Positions 34,790 to 47,898 of a DNA stretch of 64,000 bases are shown here, one piece after another. Position 1 is the first letter of the stretch. Every line of letters begins with the position of its first letter. Below the pieces are notes generated by a model. That model worked only from the letters and a program-made list of their open reading frames with translations. It was not told the origin of the DNA and made no database searches. Where the stretch lies: assembly GCF_963921235.1 (NCBI RefSeq), contig NC_086097.1:157544001-157608000 (forward strand), in the 5' to 3' direction. Position numbers and translations under genes: made by a program. This DNA is from Mobula hypostoma (Eukaryota).

Positions 34790-35810
34790 TTAGAGTTATA
34801 GAACAATATCTATACAGACAAAGATTTTTCAGCCCATTGAGTCTATGCCAATTTTCTGCATTCAGCCCATATCCTTCTAAGCTCTCCCCCTCCATGTCCC
34901 TATCCAAGTGTTTCTTGAATGATACAATTATACCTGCCTCAAACACTTCACCTGGAAGTTTATTTCATACACTCACCACCTCAGGATGAAATGGTTACAC
35001 CTCTGGTTTCTTCTGAATCTTTCCCCTCTCACCCTAAATTTATGCTTTCTAGTTTTGTCTCCCCTATCCTTACTGTGCCTGTCATAATTTTTACAAGTTC
35101 ACTAAGGTTGCCCCCATTCTCCTACCTTCCAAGCATTGAAGACCAAGCCTGGCCAATCTTTTCCAAAAACTCAGCCCTCTAGTCCTGGCAACATTCTTGA
35201 AATCTTTTCTGCACTCTTCCCAATTTAAACACATCTTCTCTTTAATATTGTAATCAAAACTGTACACAGTACACCAAGGCCTCACAAATAACTTATACAA
35301 CTGCAACATAATGTCCAAACTCCTAAACTCAATGTCCTGACTAATCAACACCAGTGTGTGAAAAGTCTTTTCCACCATCTCTCTACCTGTGATGTTGCTT
35401 TCAATGAACTTTGCATTGATACTTCTAAATCCTTCTGTTCCATTATACTCCCTGGTACTGTACTATTCACGGGCTTACATTGGTTTGACTATCCAAACTG
35501 CAACACCTTGCACTTAACTGTATTGAACTCCATTTGCCAGTCCTCAGTCCACTTTCCAAACTGAAAAAGATCCTCTTCTCATCTATGATAACCTTCTTGG
35601 CTATCAACATCTCTGTCTTTGTCTTCTGTGAAAATACTGATCAAGCCTGATGCGTTCACATTCAAATTATTTATATAAATAATTATTAACAAGCGTTGCA
35701 ATACCAAGTCCTGTGGTACACCCCTGGTCACCTACCTATATTCCGAGAAACAGCCTTCACCCACCACCCTCTGCTTTTTACTTCCAAGCCAATTTTGAAT
35801 CCACTTTCTG
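34790..35810 (-). mobile_element. Degenerate CR1 3' fragment
   Basis: ORF 35091..35378 (ISQDIEFRSLDIMLQLYKLFVRP); AGAGTTATAGAAC tail. Confidence 0.85.
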
Positions 35811-38800
35811 CACATATTTCAAATTTTCCACATCTGCAGTCATTGGCTTTTTATTTATATCCAGATTAAGTTATGCACAGGAGTGAAGAGGAAAGAACAG
35901 TAGCCTTAAAATTATATCAGAAGTATTAACAATAGCAACTTTGGTACAAGCGTTTTACATAACTCTGCTTATCTTAAACGAGCCAATGCCTATGCAAAAG
36001 AAAGAATTAATTCCAATTATGTTGGTGTGATGCGCAGTATTTGTTGCCTTTCCTTAATTGCTATTTCGTAATTTGGAGTTAACCAGATAATACAGAATTG
36101 AAGACTAGAGCAAGTATGCATGGTTGGGTCTTTCACTGAAAGATACCGATGAGCCAGTTGGATTTTGCAAAAACCCAGGAGTTTAATGGACTCTTTCCAG
36201 TATCAACTCACAAGTTATTAAAACACAAGGATCCTGAAAAGCAGAAGGACACAAAGCACTCAACTAATACTTAATTCAACTTATCAAAATAGAGTTGCAG
36301 ACTCATAAATCTTGTGTTTTCTGTTCATTAGATTCAGCTCAGTATTCCATTGGAATTGTCAAATTCCATAACTTCCAAGGCGAAAGTGGTGTCAGAATAT
36401 AATATCACTATAGAAGATTATAGAGAATGAACATCAGAAATAGAGATTAGAATTCAATCTCATAAATAAGCAGAATTACATTATGGGTTGTTCTTAAAAC
36501 TCAGAGGCATCAAAAGAGTTTCAGGGATTTTTTTTAAACAAGTGACCAAAATAACAATAAGAGATCAAAAAACAGGAATGTTAACAGACCCAAATTAGAA
36601 GAATTCACAGTAGCTGAGAACAGCCTGCCACTTTGTACTAAGACGTGCATACAAATCATTATCACCTCCACACTTAGCTTGTAATTGCTGTAACTGACAG
36701 TCACCAGAAAATTCATACATACAGCTCTCAGCACTTTTTCTGGGAAAAAGTCATGCAATGAACATAATATAGTAATGCTTCAGCCTACATCTCAGTAATG
36801 AACATAATATATGACTCAGAAATGAAGAGTGGAGTGATGATATGCATCTATGTTCTTATAAAAGATAATCAATGAACCTATCTGCAAGGTCAGAGAAAAG
36901 TTAGACGTAAATTTCAGTACAATCTTGAGCAATATGAAGATTTTGCAATATTGTATATTTATATATTTATTATGGGATTAGAAATCATTTAAAAATACCA
37001 AGTATTTGATTTTAGGAAACTACCGGACCAATTTTCCTCTCAAAGTGTTTCCTATGAGCAAGGAAACTTTAATTGTCTTAAACAAAGGATAGAAAATGAG
37101 AAAAGGAGACCTAGAAAATGGTTTTCAAAACGTTTGAGGATTTTGTGGTGATCTTCTGAGAAGGAAATGGGGAGAATCAAGCTGTTGGCCTTGCTCTAGC
37201 CTCTTTAATAGACCTTCCTAAAGGTACACACACTTACAACAGTAAGTAAGTTCTTAGATTTTGCATTCTAACTCCTTCAGGTTAAAGAGGCTGAAGGGGT
37301 ATAAGATACAAAGAAATGGAAGAACTCCCAATCCTACTTACCAGGCTATATTTAAAAAGCATTTAAGCCATATCAGAAGCACAATATAGTCGTTCCGAGG
37401 CATAATAAAGTCTACTGGAGATTATTCATATATCAAGAGTAAAGATTTTGAAACGAGATTAAAGAAGTTGTGGCTTATCGATGGTAAGAAATTTATAAGT
37501 GATTGAAGCAGTGTCTTGCATATGTGATTTTTTTTTACAAGGAAAAGCTGAGGTAACGAAGTCATGTTTAAAAATGGGAAGTTATGAACTGGTTGAAATT
37601 GTTGTCTACAAGCAACATACATCTTGTGAATACATTACTAAGAAAAGACACCAAAACAAATACCACAAGAAGTCTCAGGACACAATTCATGAAACAAAAT
37701 AAATTGAATGGTATTACTAAGGAAGAAAACAAATGAGATCAGTCAATACTAATATCTTATACTGTGATCAATTAAATCCACTTGCTGAATCTGTGAAAGC
37801 ACGTGTACTGAAATGCAGTTCTGAGGAGAAAAAGCAAATGGCATGGTTCTCAACTTTCATTATTTGTACAAATACAACAAGTCAATAAAAGTATTTCAGT
37901 GATTACAGTATTAGAATTGGAAATTCAGAATTTACTTTTAACCAGTATGGGAATGTAATGAAACAACAGAAATGTGCAACTTTCAACATGAAGTGTGTCT
38001 CATCAAAAAACTTTAACACGTACATGCTGGCTAAATTCACTAAGATTATTTGTTCATAAAACCATATGCTTTGCACTGGTTAAGTCTTTAAGATTAGCAC
38101 TGGCAAATAGAATATTTTCCTCTTTGGCATTCAATCTCAGTTCACATGTAAGAAGAAACATCAACTCCATCCTCTGAAGAGTAATTACTTTGCATTGATA
38201 TTACGAGCATACCTGATGATATAAAATACAAAAAGCAAAACTGCAAAGCAAGACATGTGAATTCAAAGTTGATCTATTTCTTAGTTCACTCAAAAATACT
38301 TGCACGAGTATGGGAACCAGGGCAAAACGTTGTCCTACTCTCATTTTCTTCTCTTTTTCCCTACCTCTAAATGTTTTTTTTTTGGGACATAAATAGCAGT
38401 AAGACAGCATTTAAGGTCATTTGAAATGTCATCAAGGAGATTAAATATTGAGTGAGTCATACACACCCACAGTCACTGAATAGAGAAAGCAATCTCTTTT
38501 TCTTGAAGGACACTTATAATCACCTGGGTTTTCATAATTATCCAACAACTTTCATTATACTTGGGTCACTATTCCAAAATGACTATCACAACAGCAGCAG
38601 CTAGGATTGTTTATGAAAAATCATTACAAATGGTACCAATGCATCATCACATTTAAATCAATCTCCACAGGTGACAAACCTATGGACATCTAAAAATTCT
38701 CTGTTATGATTTGTGATGTTATTTAAGACAGCTAATTAGATTATTGTCCAATAATTCACAACTAATATCTCAGACAGTAAATACCTAAAGACCTGTGTTC

Positions 38801-39339
38801 TCTTTCAATATAATGGTACTGCCACAATTATAAAAATCTATAAACATATAAAAATTTTATTGCTATGCTGCAAGTAGTTTAAAGCTTGTCACTCGTCATG
38901 AGTGAAAGCAAAGCAGAGTAAAATTATTATCTAACTGCAAGGCATCAGAACTGATTTTCTTCCTGCTAATTTTCTTCTTCCTCTTCTGAAGATGTTTACT
39001 CAAGCTGCACTGAAGTATAGAATAGAGGACACCATTCTACCTTCAGGCCAATTCTGCTTCTGTGAACAACTCATGTCTAATTTTCTGTCCTTTCCTTATA
39101 GCTTATTTTGGTAATTTTGCATTTGCTTTATTATATATGTAGATTGTGGTACCTCAGCCAAAATGACCATTATTAAAATTATTTATGATGAAAACACCTC
39201 CCACGGCCAATTATGGACACCATTGTCCATCTTTTCAAAATATGGGTCTTGTTATCAGGTAAAATACTTGTTCATCTCCCTAAATATCCTTAAAATGAAA
39301 ACAGCGAGGTATATCCTTTAACCCTTGCAGTGTTTCTAG

Positions 39340-41430
39340 TGAAGATAATCCACAACGTTTGATCATATGCAATTTAAGGAAAAATACAGGTGGAGCTGTA
39401 GCCCGAGCTTTTCCTGATGTTGGAGGCTATGGGTTTGGGAGGTCATGTCGGAGTCACCTAATTAACTCCAGTGCATGCTGTAGATGATGTAGACTGTAGT
39501 TACTGAATGGAATGTGGGTTTACGGTTATGTTTGGGGTGCCAATTGATGGATTGCTTCAGGATTGTTTGTATTGGATCTCTTGTATATCCTTGGATCTTT
39601 ACTCAACCAAACAACTGGAAAATATTCTTTCATACTTCTGACTTGTACCAGTTAGATGGTTTAAAGAATTTGATGATGTTGGGTGACTCACCAAATGATA
39701 TCCAACTTCTGATCTGCCACAGTCATCGTTTCTGATTCAGTTGAGTTTCTGATTGATGTTGGTCATCAGGATGTTCATGGTGGGGAAATCAGCAACATTA
39801 ATGCCACTCAATGACAAGGATAAGTGGTCACATTCTCTCTTGTTAGAGAGAGTCATTGTCTAGTGCTTTTGTAACTACATGTAACTTATCTGCCCATTCC
39901 CGAACGTGCTCTAGGCATTGTTATATTGGATAAGAACACAGGCTGAGGAATCGCAAAATGAACATTGTACATTCGTCAATGAACATCTCCACTTCTGATC
40001 TCATGATGAAGGGTAGGTAATTGACAAAGCAGCCAAGATTGGTTGGGACTAGAACAATTATCTGATGAACTCCTGCCATGATGGCTTTGGGCGAGGAAAG
40101 AAGGAGAGATACTATTTTAAATTTGCTTATTAGGACCTGGGAATTCCTTCGATTTCCCAGTCATAAAAGCCTCGAGAATGTGGTGCATTGCTGCTTCGAG
40201 TAATGTCAGTCCATCTAGTGGTAGAACTTCCATCGTGCTGCTAGAGGAAGAGTGCCAGGATTTAGAACCAGTTCTGATGAAGGATTGGTGATATATTCTC
40301 AATTAAATATAGTATGTGACTTGGAGGAGAAACTGCAGAGCCTGCTGCCCTTGTCCTCCTTGTTGGAAGACTTCAAGTGTTTTGCAGATGCTGTCATAGT
40401 GGTCCATAGGCTCCGCTGTGTTCAATGCTCTCTAACACTTCTTGATATCATGTACACTGAATCAAATTACCTTAAACCTGTCTTCCTCAATGGTAGTGAT
40501 GTCAGGATCATCCAATTGGCATTTCTGACTTTCATGTTAGATCCCACCATCATTAAGAATCAGAATGATTTTCAGCTTCCTCCTTTCATTGCCTCTTTAA
40601 TTTTCCAAGATCTGATACAAACGTAGTCATTCGATCAATTTTTTCATTGTGAAAATTCTTAGCTGTCTTCGTCACATGCTATACTCGCTGTTCAGTATAT
40701 GTGTAGTACTGTCTGCAGATTGGCACCTTAGTTTTGGGTAAAGCTGCATCCCTCTTGGCATACCATTCTGCATTCATTAAACTACTGGTGATCACCTAGC
40801 TTGACTATAAAGGCCTGTTGATGCTCCATCATGCCACTGACACCTTCTTTTCAGATGCCAGATATGCTTAAAATCTATCCCAATTAACACAACTATAGTG
40901 CTTAACAACAAGAAAGAAGGCTTTTATGGGACTGTCTCTCCAAAAGCATTATACAGTGATGGGTTCAGATGCATCCGTGTAGTTAAATTGACGACAACAA
41001 GATCACATAGGTTTATACCTTATGCTGGTTCATTTCCCACCTGCTGCAGAGCCTTTATGGCTTGGCCAGCTCAGTCAATGAAGTTTTTCTCTGTGATGGT
41101 CACTGAAGTCTCCCGACCATACTTAACAAGTCCCTGCTACTTTCTGCCCTGAATCCACACATGGTTCCATGTGAAGAAACATGGAACCATCGGCTGAGGG
41201 AGAGTATCAAGTGGCCTTTAAAAGCGAGTTTTCTGAACTATGTCTAATCTGATTCAATGAGACTTCAGGAAATCAGTTCTAAGGACTGAACATAACTGTA
41301 TTAACACACTCTGGTGCTTGTGTCCTGCTGGTGATTGAGGAATCCGGCATGTTTCCTGTAAACACAGATATGTGAGGTTAGATTATTATTAATCTGTGGG
41401 ACAGTCCTCCAGACGCGACACCAATCCCTC
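39340..41430 (-). mobile_element. Highly decayed ancient LINE (CR1/L2 group) fragments
   Basis: Patchy RT-like antisense remnants; segment 40115-40290 related to 5722-5990. Confidence 0.45.
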
Positions 41431-41439
41431 ATATTTCTG

Positions 41440-41990
41440 ACTCAGAATTTAGTGTATCAGAATTTGTTGCCTAGGTTGAGGTGTCTTAGAACACTTGGAT
41501 AGAAGCTGTCCTTGAGCCTGGTGGTACATGCTTTCAGGGTTTTGTATCTTCTGCCCAATGGAAGGGTGGAAAAGAGAGAACGTCTGGAGTGGGTGATTTT
41601 TTTTATTATCCTGGCTCCTTTACGGAGGCGGTGATAAGTATAGATAGAGCCCGTGGAAGAGGGTGCTGCTTTTCATGATGTGCTGAGCTTTGTCCACAAC
41701 TCACTGAAGTTTCTTGCAGTTACACGCCAGAACAGCAGCCATACTAGGATGTGATGCATCCAGATGGGGCATTTGTAAAAATTGGTAAGGGTTGATGGGG
41801 ACATGCCTCCTGAGGAAGTAGAGACATTGGTGAGCATTCTTGGTCGTGATATCTACATTGATGATATTCACTCCCAAGAACTTGAAACTCTCAATACTCT
41901 CAACCTCAGTATCACTGATGAAGGCAGAAGCACCCACCCTCCAGAAGCCAATGACCAGTTATTTTGTTTTGCTGCCACTGAGGGTGTTGT
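41440..41990 (-). mobile_element. Rex1/Babar 3' fragment
   Basis: ORF 41701..41937 (EVESIESFKFLGVNI..KNAHQCLYFLRR). Confidence 0.82.
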
Positions 41991-42409
41991 CATGACACTT
42001 TGAGAAGATGCTGACAAATTATTAAAAGCAAGAATGATGGAGATAATAGATATGATGATAAATGATAAATAGGACATAGTAGAAGGGCTGACAATGCTTC
42101 GAAAGTTGCATGATCTGGATGACTTGACTCCCAGTGAACTAAGTAAAGCGCAGAACTGTATAATGAAACATTTCCCATAGACCTCCAAATGAGATAGGGC
42201 AGGAGGCTAATAATTGAAAATTGTGACAGTCTTACTTAAGAAATACTCTAATGGCACTGAAATGATTACAACTGATTAGTTTAACAACAATGGTGGACAA
42301 GGTTTGAGAAACAACAGCAGGAAAGAATTGATCAGATTGATCAGAATTGATTGGAGCAATTTCAGAGCATCAAACACAAAATGATAGGGCAACTAAACAC
42401 ATCCAGAAT

Positions 42410-42545
42410 GGCCTGATGAAGGGTTTCAGCCCGAAATGGTGATTGTTTATTCCTCTCCATAGGTGCTATCTGGCCTACTGAGTTCCTCAAGCTTTTTGTG
42501 TATGTTGTTCTGGACTTCCAGCATCTGCAGGATCTCTTGTGTTGA
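42410..42545 (+). mobile_element. Penelope terminal fragment with hammerhead core
   Basis: CTGATGAAGGGTTTCAGCCCGAAA at 42413-42436, then the terminus CTTCCAGCATCTGCAGGATCTCTTGTGTT. Confidence 0.88.
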
Positions 42546-42825
42546 TGAAGCAGTTTCAATTTGTTTAGGGAAAGCCAGCAAGAACCTATAAATAATATTT
42601 GACTCCCCTGATTGATTTTTTTTATGATTAAGTATCAAAGATCGGTGATTAATGAATACAATGAGGGCCGCCAACATACTTTTTATGAAAACATTTGAAA
42701 AAGTGGCACATAAAAGGCTTAGCAGGCTGAATCATGCTGATCATCACTGGCATTCAGCTAATGGAATGGGAATGGGAAGATCAGTAACAGCTTGGATAAA
42801 AACTGGAAGCAAATTACATATTTAT

Positions 42826-43097
42826 TTTTATTTTATTTAGCGATACGGCGCGGAGTTAGCCCTTACAGCCGTTTGAGTCATGCCACCCCAGCAACCCCTG
42901 ACAAGTCTAATTAACCCTAACCTTGTCACGGGACAATGACCAATTAACCTACCCGGTAGATCCTTGGAAGGAAACAGGAGGACCTAAGGAAAACCCAAGC
43001 ATTCCATGGGGAGGATGTACAGAGACTCCTTACAGACCAGAGTTGAACTCTGGCCTCCAGAATGCCCCGAGCTGTAGTAGCATCATGCTAACTGCTA
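42826..43097 (-). mobile_element. V-SINE copy
   Basis: Antisense homolog of 17168-17468 including the (TAAA)n tail. Confidence 0.8.
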
Positions 43098-43124
43098 TTT
43101 ATCAAGTAGTATCTTTAGTTATTT

Positions 43125-43365
43125 ACTTTTGAGATTTAGCACAGAGTAGGCCCTTCCGGCCCTTTGAGCCATGCCGCCCAGCAACATCTGATTTAACCCT
43201 TGCCTTTAAAATGACAGATTAACCTACCGACTGGTAGGAGGAACTGGACTGTGGGAAGAAGGTGGAGCAACTGGAGGAAACCCACGTGGTTACGGGGAAA
43301 ACATACAAACCCTTTACAGACAGTGGCAGGAATTGAACTTGGGTTGCTGATACTGAAACTGAAAA
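43125..43365 (-). mobile_element. V-SINE copy
   Basis: GGACTGTGGGAAGAA..CTGGAGGAAACCCACGTGGTTACGGGGA antisense V-domain; AGGAATTGAAC B box. Confidence 0.82.
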
Positions 43366-44434
43366 CAAAGACTGGTGGAGTGACAAATATTATACAAACA
43401 AATGTGAGGCAATGTATTTGGGCAGAAGGATTGGGGAGAGGTAATAAAGACACTGCATAGTTCTGAGAGATTGTGCAGAAATATAGAGAGCTGGGGGTTA
43501 ATGTACATAGATCTTTGAAAATGGCAGGATACAATAAGAGAGTAGTTATCAAAGCATCTGGTATCTTAGGTTTCATAAATAGAAATATTGAAATCAAAAA
43601 TAAGGAAATCATAGCTGTCACAATTAGAATATTGTACAGATATAGTCATTGTATTTTGGAAAGATCTGAAGATTCTTGAAGAATTTCAGAGAGGACTTAA
43701 CTCAAGGATGAGAAAATCCAAGTAGATGATTAGTTAAAGGAAAATGGAATTGGTGTCCATTGCAGAAAGAGGCTGAAGGGAGTTTTAATAGCAAATCAAT
43801 GTTACTGCATGTTATGTCTAAATAAGACTGACAAAATGATGGTACAAAGATCTCAGAAATAGATTTAGGGTTTTGGGCAAGAGATACCGAAGAATGTGAG
43901 TGATGACCTGGACACAAGAGATTCTGCAGATGCTGGAGTAACTTGGATCTCACTACCCGTGAAGGTCATGGAAGTAGAAAATAGGAAGGTTATTGAGGTA
44001 AATAAACTTACTGGACTATATAAACATTTAAGAAAATATTCAGATTCTGAGTCCCCACAGTTCATTTCAGTGGTGTTTCAAAGATTTGTACACTGGATGA
44101 AGAATTTTCTATGCACCTCAGTGCTGAGTGCTTAATCCTTGAGTTTGAAACTGTTAACCAAGTTCTAAACTCCCTTACCAGACAGAATATCATCTCTATT
44201 TGCATAATGTAGCTTAATAGTCTTTATAGTTCAATAATTTCAACTTTCTTTCTTCTAAATTCTAGAATTTAATCCAATTTTGTGTGATACATCCTTAAAC
44301 AACAACCTCACTTCCATGCCACGCATTCACACCACCATTTCAGGAATCAATCTGGTGAATGTCATTTGAATGCCCTCAATTGTGTTCTTCCTTTGGTAAG
44401 GAGATCAGATCTGCACACAATATCGAAAGCCCAA

Positions 44435-44645
44435 ATAAAACTGCAAATGCTGGAACTCTGAAATGGAAACAGAAAGTGCTGGAAACACTCAACAGGTCAG
44501 ATAGCATCTGTGGAAAGAAAAAGAAAAACATAGTTAATTCCTCATGTGGAAGATCCTTCCTGAAAGGATTAGAATGATTTTCCTTTGACCTAAAATATTA
44601 AGTTCTGAGTTGCTGTCCAACCTACTGAGTGTTTCCAACATTTTA
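44435..44645. mobile_element. Old Penelope-terminus foldback
   Basis: AAAGTGCTGGAAACACTCAACAGG pairs with CCTACTGAGTGTTTCCAACATTTT; full terminus on the left only. Confidence 0.7.
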
Positions 44646-44669
44646 TTAAATCCTTGCACAATATTTCTA

Positions 44670-44877
44670 ATGCAATCTACTCAACATGCTGGAAGAACTC
44701 AGCCAGTCAGGCAACATCCATGGAAATGAATGAACAGTCAACATTTCAGACTGAGACTCTTCATCAAGACTCAGGATCAAGGATCAGAGTAAAGGTCTCA
44801 CCCTGAAACATTGACTGTTGAGTTCCTCCAGCACTTCGTGTGTGATGCTCTGGATTTCCAGCATCTGTAGAATCTCA
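44670..44877. mobile_element. Penelope-terminus foldback with two opposed hammerhead remnants
   Basis: Minus AGTCTTGATGAAGAGTCTCAGTCTGAAATGTTGACT (44736-44771) and plus AAGGTCTCACCCTGAAACATTGACTG. Confidence 0.8.
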
Positions 44878-45359
44878 TAGTATCTGGAGACCAAGTTGTT
44901 GTACAAATACAATTCATCACCTTTACTCTGGACTTAAATCCTACAAATAAAAAAAACAACAAACTATTTTGTCTAATTGCTTGCCGTATCTGTTTATTAA
45001 CTTCCAGTGGCTTGTGTATAATGCCACCTACATTTTAATGTGACACCATTTTAAAAACCTGCTTTTCCATTTTTCTACTAAAATAATAACTTCACATTTT
45101 TCCATATTGTATTTGGTCTACCATCGCTATCTAATTTACTTAACATCTCTATATCCTTCACAATGAACAACTCACATTTTCCCACATTATACTCCACCCA
45201 TGTAAGTTTGAAAGGTGACAATCTGTGAATCCATAACTGCTTCTTGCAGAACCTTGGGAGGCTGACTATCAATTGTGGGTGATTTACTGACTCTTATGAT
45301 CTCTAATATTTATGACTTACTACTTTCTGATCCTCATTGGCTCATAAATCTGTGAGACT

Positions 45360-46277
45360 TCACTCATCTCAGCACTAAACTGACTGCAGCTGCGGCCTGC
45401 AGCAATCGATAATTGCCTCAGTGCTAAACTGGCTCCATGGCTGTCAGGCCTCGGGAATGGGCACAGAACTAAACTGGCTCCTTGGCTGTGCACTTACTTT
45501 CAGGGACTCTGTGGTCATGTTCTGTCAATTATTTGCTTGCTTTTTTTTATTGTTTGCATAATTTGTTCCTTCTTTTCGCACATTGGGGCCATTGTGGAGT
45601 GGGAATTTTCATGAACTCTATTGTGTTTCTTTGTTTTTTGGATGAAGCATAGAAACATAGAAAACCTACAGCACAATACAGGCCCTTCGCCCCACAAAGT
45701 TGTGACGAACATGTCCCTCCCTTAGAAATTACTGGGCTTACCCCATAGCCCTCTATTTTTGTAAGCTCCAAGTACCTATCCAAAAGTCTCTTAAAAGACC
45801 TTATCGTATCTGCCTCCACCACCATTGCTGGCAGCCCATTCCACGCACTCACCACTCTCTGCAAAAACTTACCCCTGGCATCTCCTCTGTACCTACTCCC
45901 CAGCACCTTAAACCTGTGTCCTCTTGTGGCAACCATTTCAGCCCTGGGAAAAAGCCTCTGACTATCCATATGATCAATGCCTCTTGTCATCTTATACACC
46001 TCTATCAGGTCACCTCTCATCCTCCGTTGCTCCAAGGAGAAAAGGCCGAGTTCACTCAACCTGTTTTCATAAGGCATGCTCCCCAATCCAGGCAACATCC
46101 TTGTAAATCTCCTCTGCACCCTTTCTGTGGTTTCCACATCCTACCTGTAGTGAGGTGAACAGAACTGAGCACAGTACTCCAAGTGGGGTCTGACCAAGGT
46201 CCTATATGGCTGCAAGATGATGTATCACAAGGCTGCATATAGTATATATACTGCGATAATAAATGTACTTTGAATTT
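45360..46277 (+). mobile_element. Non-coding Rex-tailed retroposon (family of 29440-29995) split by a CR1
   Basis: Repeated CTAAACTGGCTCC..GGCTGT units; resumes TGGCTGCAAG..AATAAATGTACTTTGAA after 46207. Confidence 0.6.
45648..46207 (-). mobile_element. Young CR1 3' fragment
   Basis: ORF 45547..46137 (ERVQRRFTRMLPGL..LGLFSLEQRRMRGDLIEVYK); (CATAGAAA)n tail. Confidence 0.94.
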
Positions 46278-46319
46278 TAATTCCAGACCTGTGGTTCTCC
46301 ACTTTTTCAGGGTGTTCTT

Positions 46320-47190
46320 CAAAGAAGTCATGCACAAAAATACATCTGCCATTTCCTTATTCCCCACTCCTAGTCTGTAAATGACCAGCATTCATGTTAA
46401 CTATTTTTTTCATCTGTTTAGAAAATCTTAGAGCCTGCTTCTACTCTCAGATTTGACTTTCGCTTTCCTTATCAATACCTTGGTCCTTCTTTGCTGATTC
46501 TTGCAATTTTCATACTCCGTAATGCTTACATTCTTTTCTTTGGTCCAATACTATCTTTACCTTCTCTTGATACCCACAATTAGACTATTTCACCTGTTGG
46601 GTTTTAATACCATAAAGAAAAATAGATTGTAAATCATACATTATTTTTTAAAGTTTTAGCCATTGCTTGTTTACTGTCAAGATTTTTAGTGTGGTTTCCC
46701 AATCTATCATAATTCTTGTCTCATAATTCTATAGTTCACTATGCTGAGAGCTTAATTTCATATTGGATTTTTAATGACTTTCAGTTTTGAAATAAAACTC
46801 TATTGTTTTGTGATCAATCATTCCTAAACACTCAATGACTGCCCAATAATAGTTCTACTTTCTCATTGCAAATACTAAATTCTGAAATAGCCTGCTTCTT
46901 TGTTGTTTTTTCAACATACTTATCTAAAAGAATCCTTTTAGCTTATTAGCACCAATTAGCTTGCCCGGCCTCTATGAAGATATAATTCCCCATAATCACT
47001 GTATTGCTCTCGTTCCCTATGCTTCTAATTTCTTGATGTACAGTATATCACCTCTATATTAGCATTATCGTTTGGAATCTATGAACAACCGACAACAATG
47101 TTTTTCCCCTTACATTGTTTCCTAGATTCAGCCAACTGATTCTACTTCTTGAGTTTCTGAGCAATGATCCTTTCCCTTGACTCTATCCAA
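46320..47190 (-). mobile_element. Ancient CR1 remnant (APE/tether region)
   Basis: TCTGCCATTTCCTTATTCCCC..; ATATAATTCCCCATAATCAC, antisense of VIMGNY (GDF-like motif). Confidence 0.5.
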
Positions 47191-47520
47191 TCTTAAAACT
47201 TTTCTTTCTTTGTGACAGCTCTTAAGGTTAGTTTCTATAGGGATAGGGTGGGAGAATGGTTCCCTCCAGATTGTTCTGCTGAGAGCTGGCATGAACTTAA
47301 TGGACCAAATGGTCTATTTCTATATTATAGTAACATTATTACATGGCAACGTGGTACTTTTAATGCAAAGACTGATCATCAACGATAAAGATGTATGAGA
47401 AGCCAGAATTTTGAAAGGCAATTTTCTGCAAGGATTAGTATGATCACAGTGACTTGGTGAAAGTTTGTGCATCTTTGATTTTGAGTGATGGCACAATGTG
47501 CTCCACAAACTGATGGTTAC

Positions 47521-47898
47521 CTAGGTCAATGATCACTGTGCTTGTGTCCACCCATCCGCCAAAAGCAGAAGTAGAGAGATCTGCCACTGAAGAGGCAGAC
47601 ATCAAGATGTCAGGTTGGTTTCCATGGTAGCAGCAATACAAGTTTGGGTGCACCATTGAAGTTGGGCTGCATCCAGATCTCACAGTACAGTCATAGCCAG
47701 CTCCTGCTTGTGAAGCCAAGCTATTTCTAAAGGATACATTCTCACTAAAATGCTGCAATAATGATGCGATCTGCGATGTCTGCCATATAGCCAGTAAATT
47801 CCTTGCATAAATCAGTCTGTCACATGGAGCACCATCAACAATTGACCATACTGCACAACGCATGACCTCTTTAACCACTTGGTTTTTGTTCCAGTCAA
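47521..47898 (-). other. Candidate internal coding exon (378 bp, phase 1-1), product unknown
   Basis: Lies in non-repetitive ORF 47444..47917; acceptor TTTGCAG| at 47899-47900 and donor AG|GTAACC at 47519-47520; no recognised homology. Confidence 0.3.

Noticed and set aside
40270..40290. CTGATGAAGG hammerhead-like word
   Set aside because: No stem II, GAAA or stem III follows; it lies in an old LINE 3' remnant.
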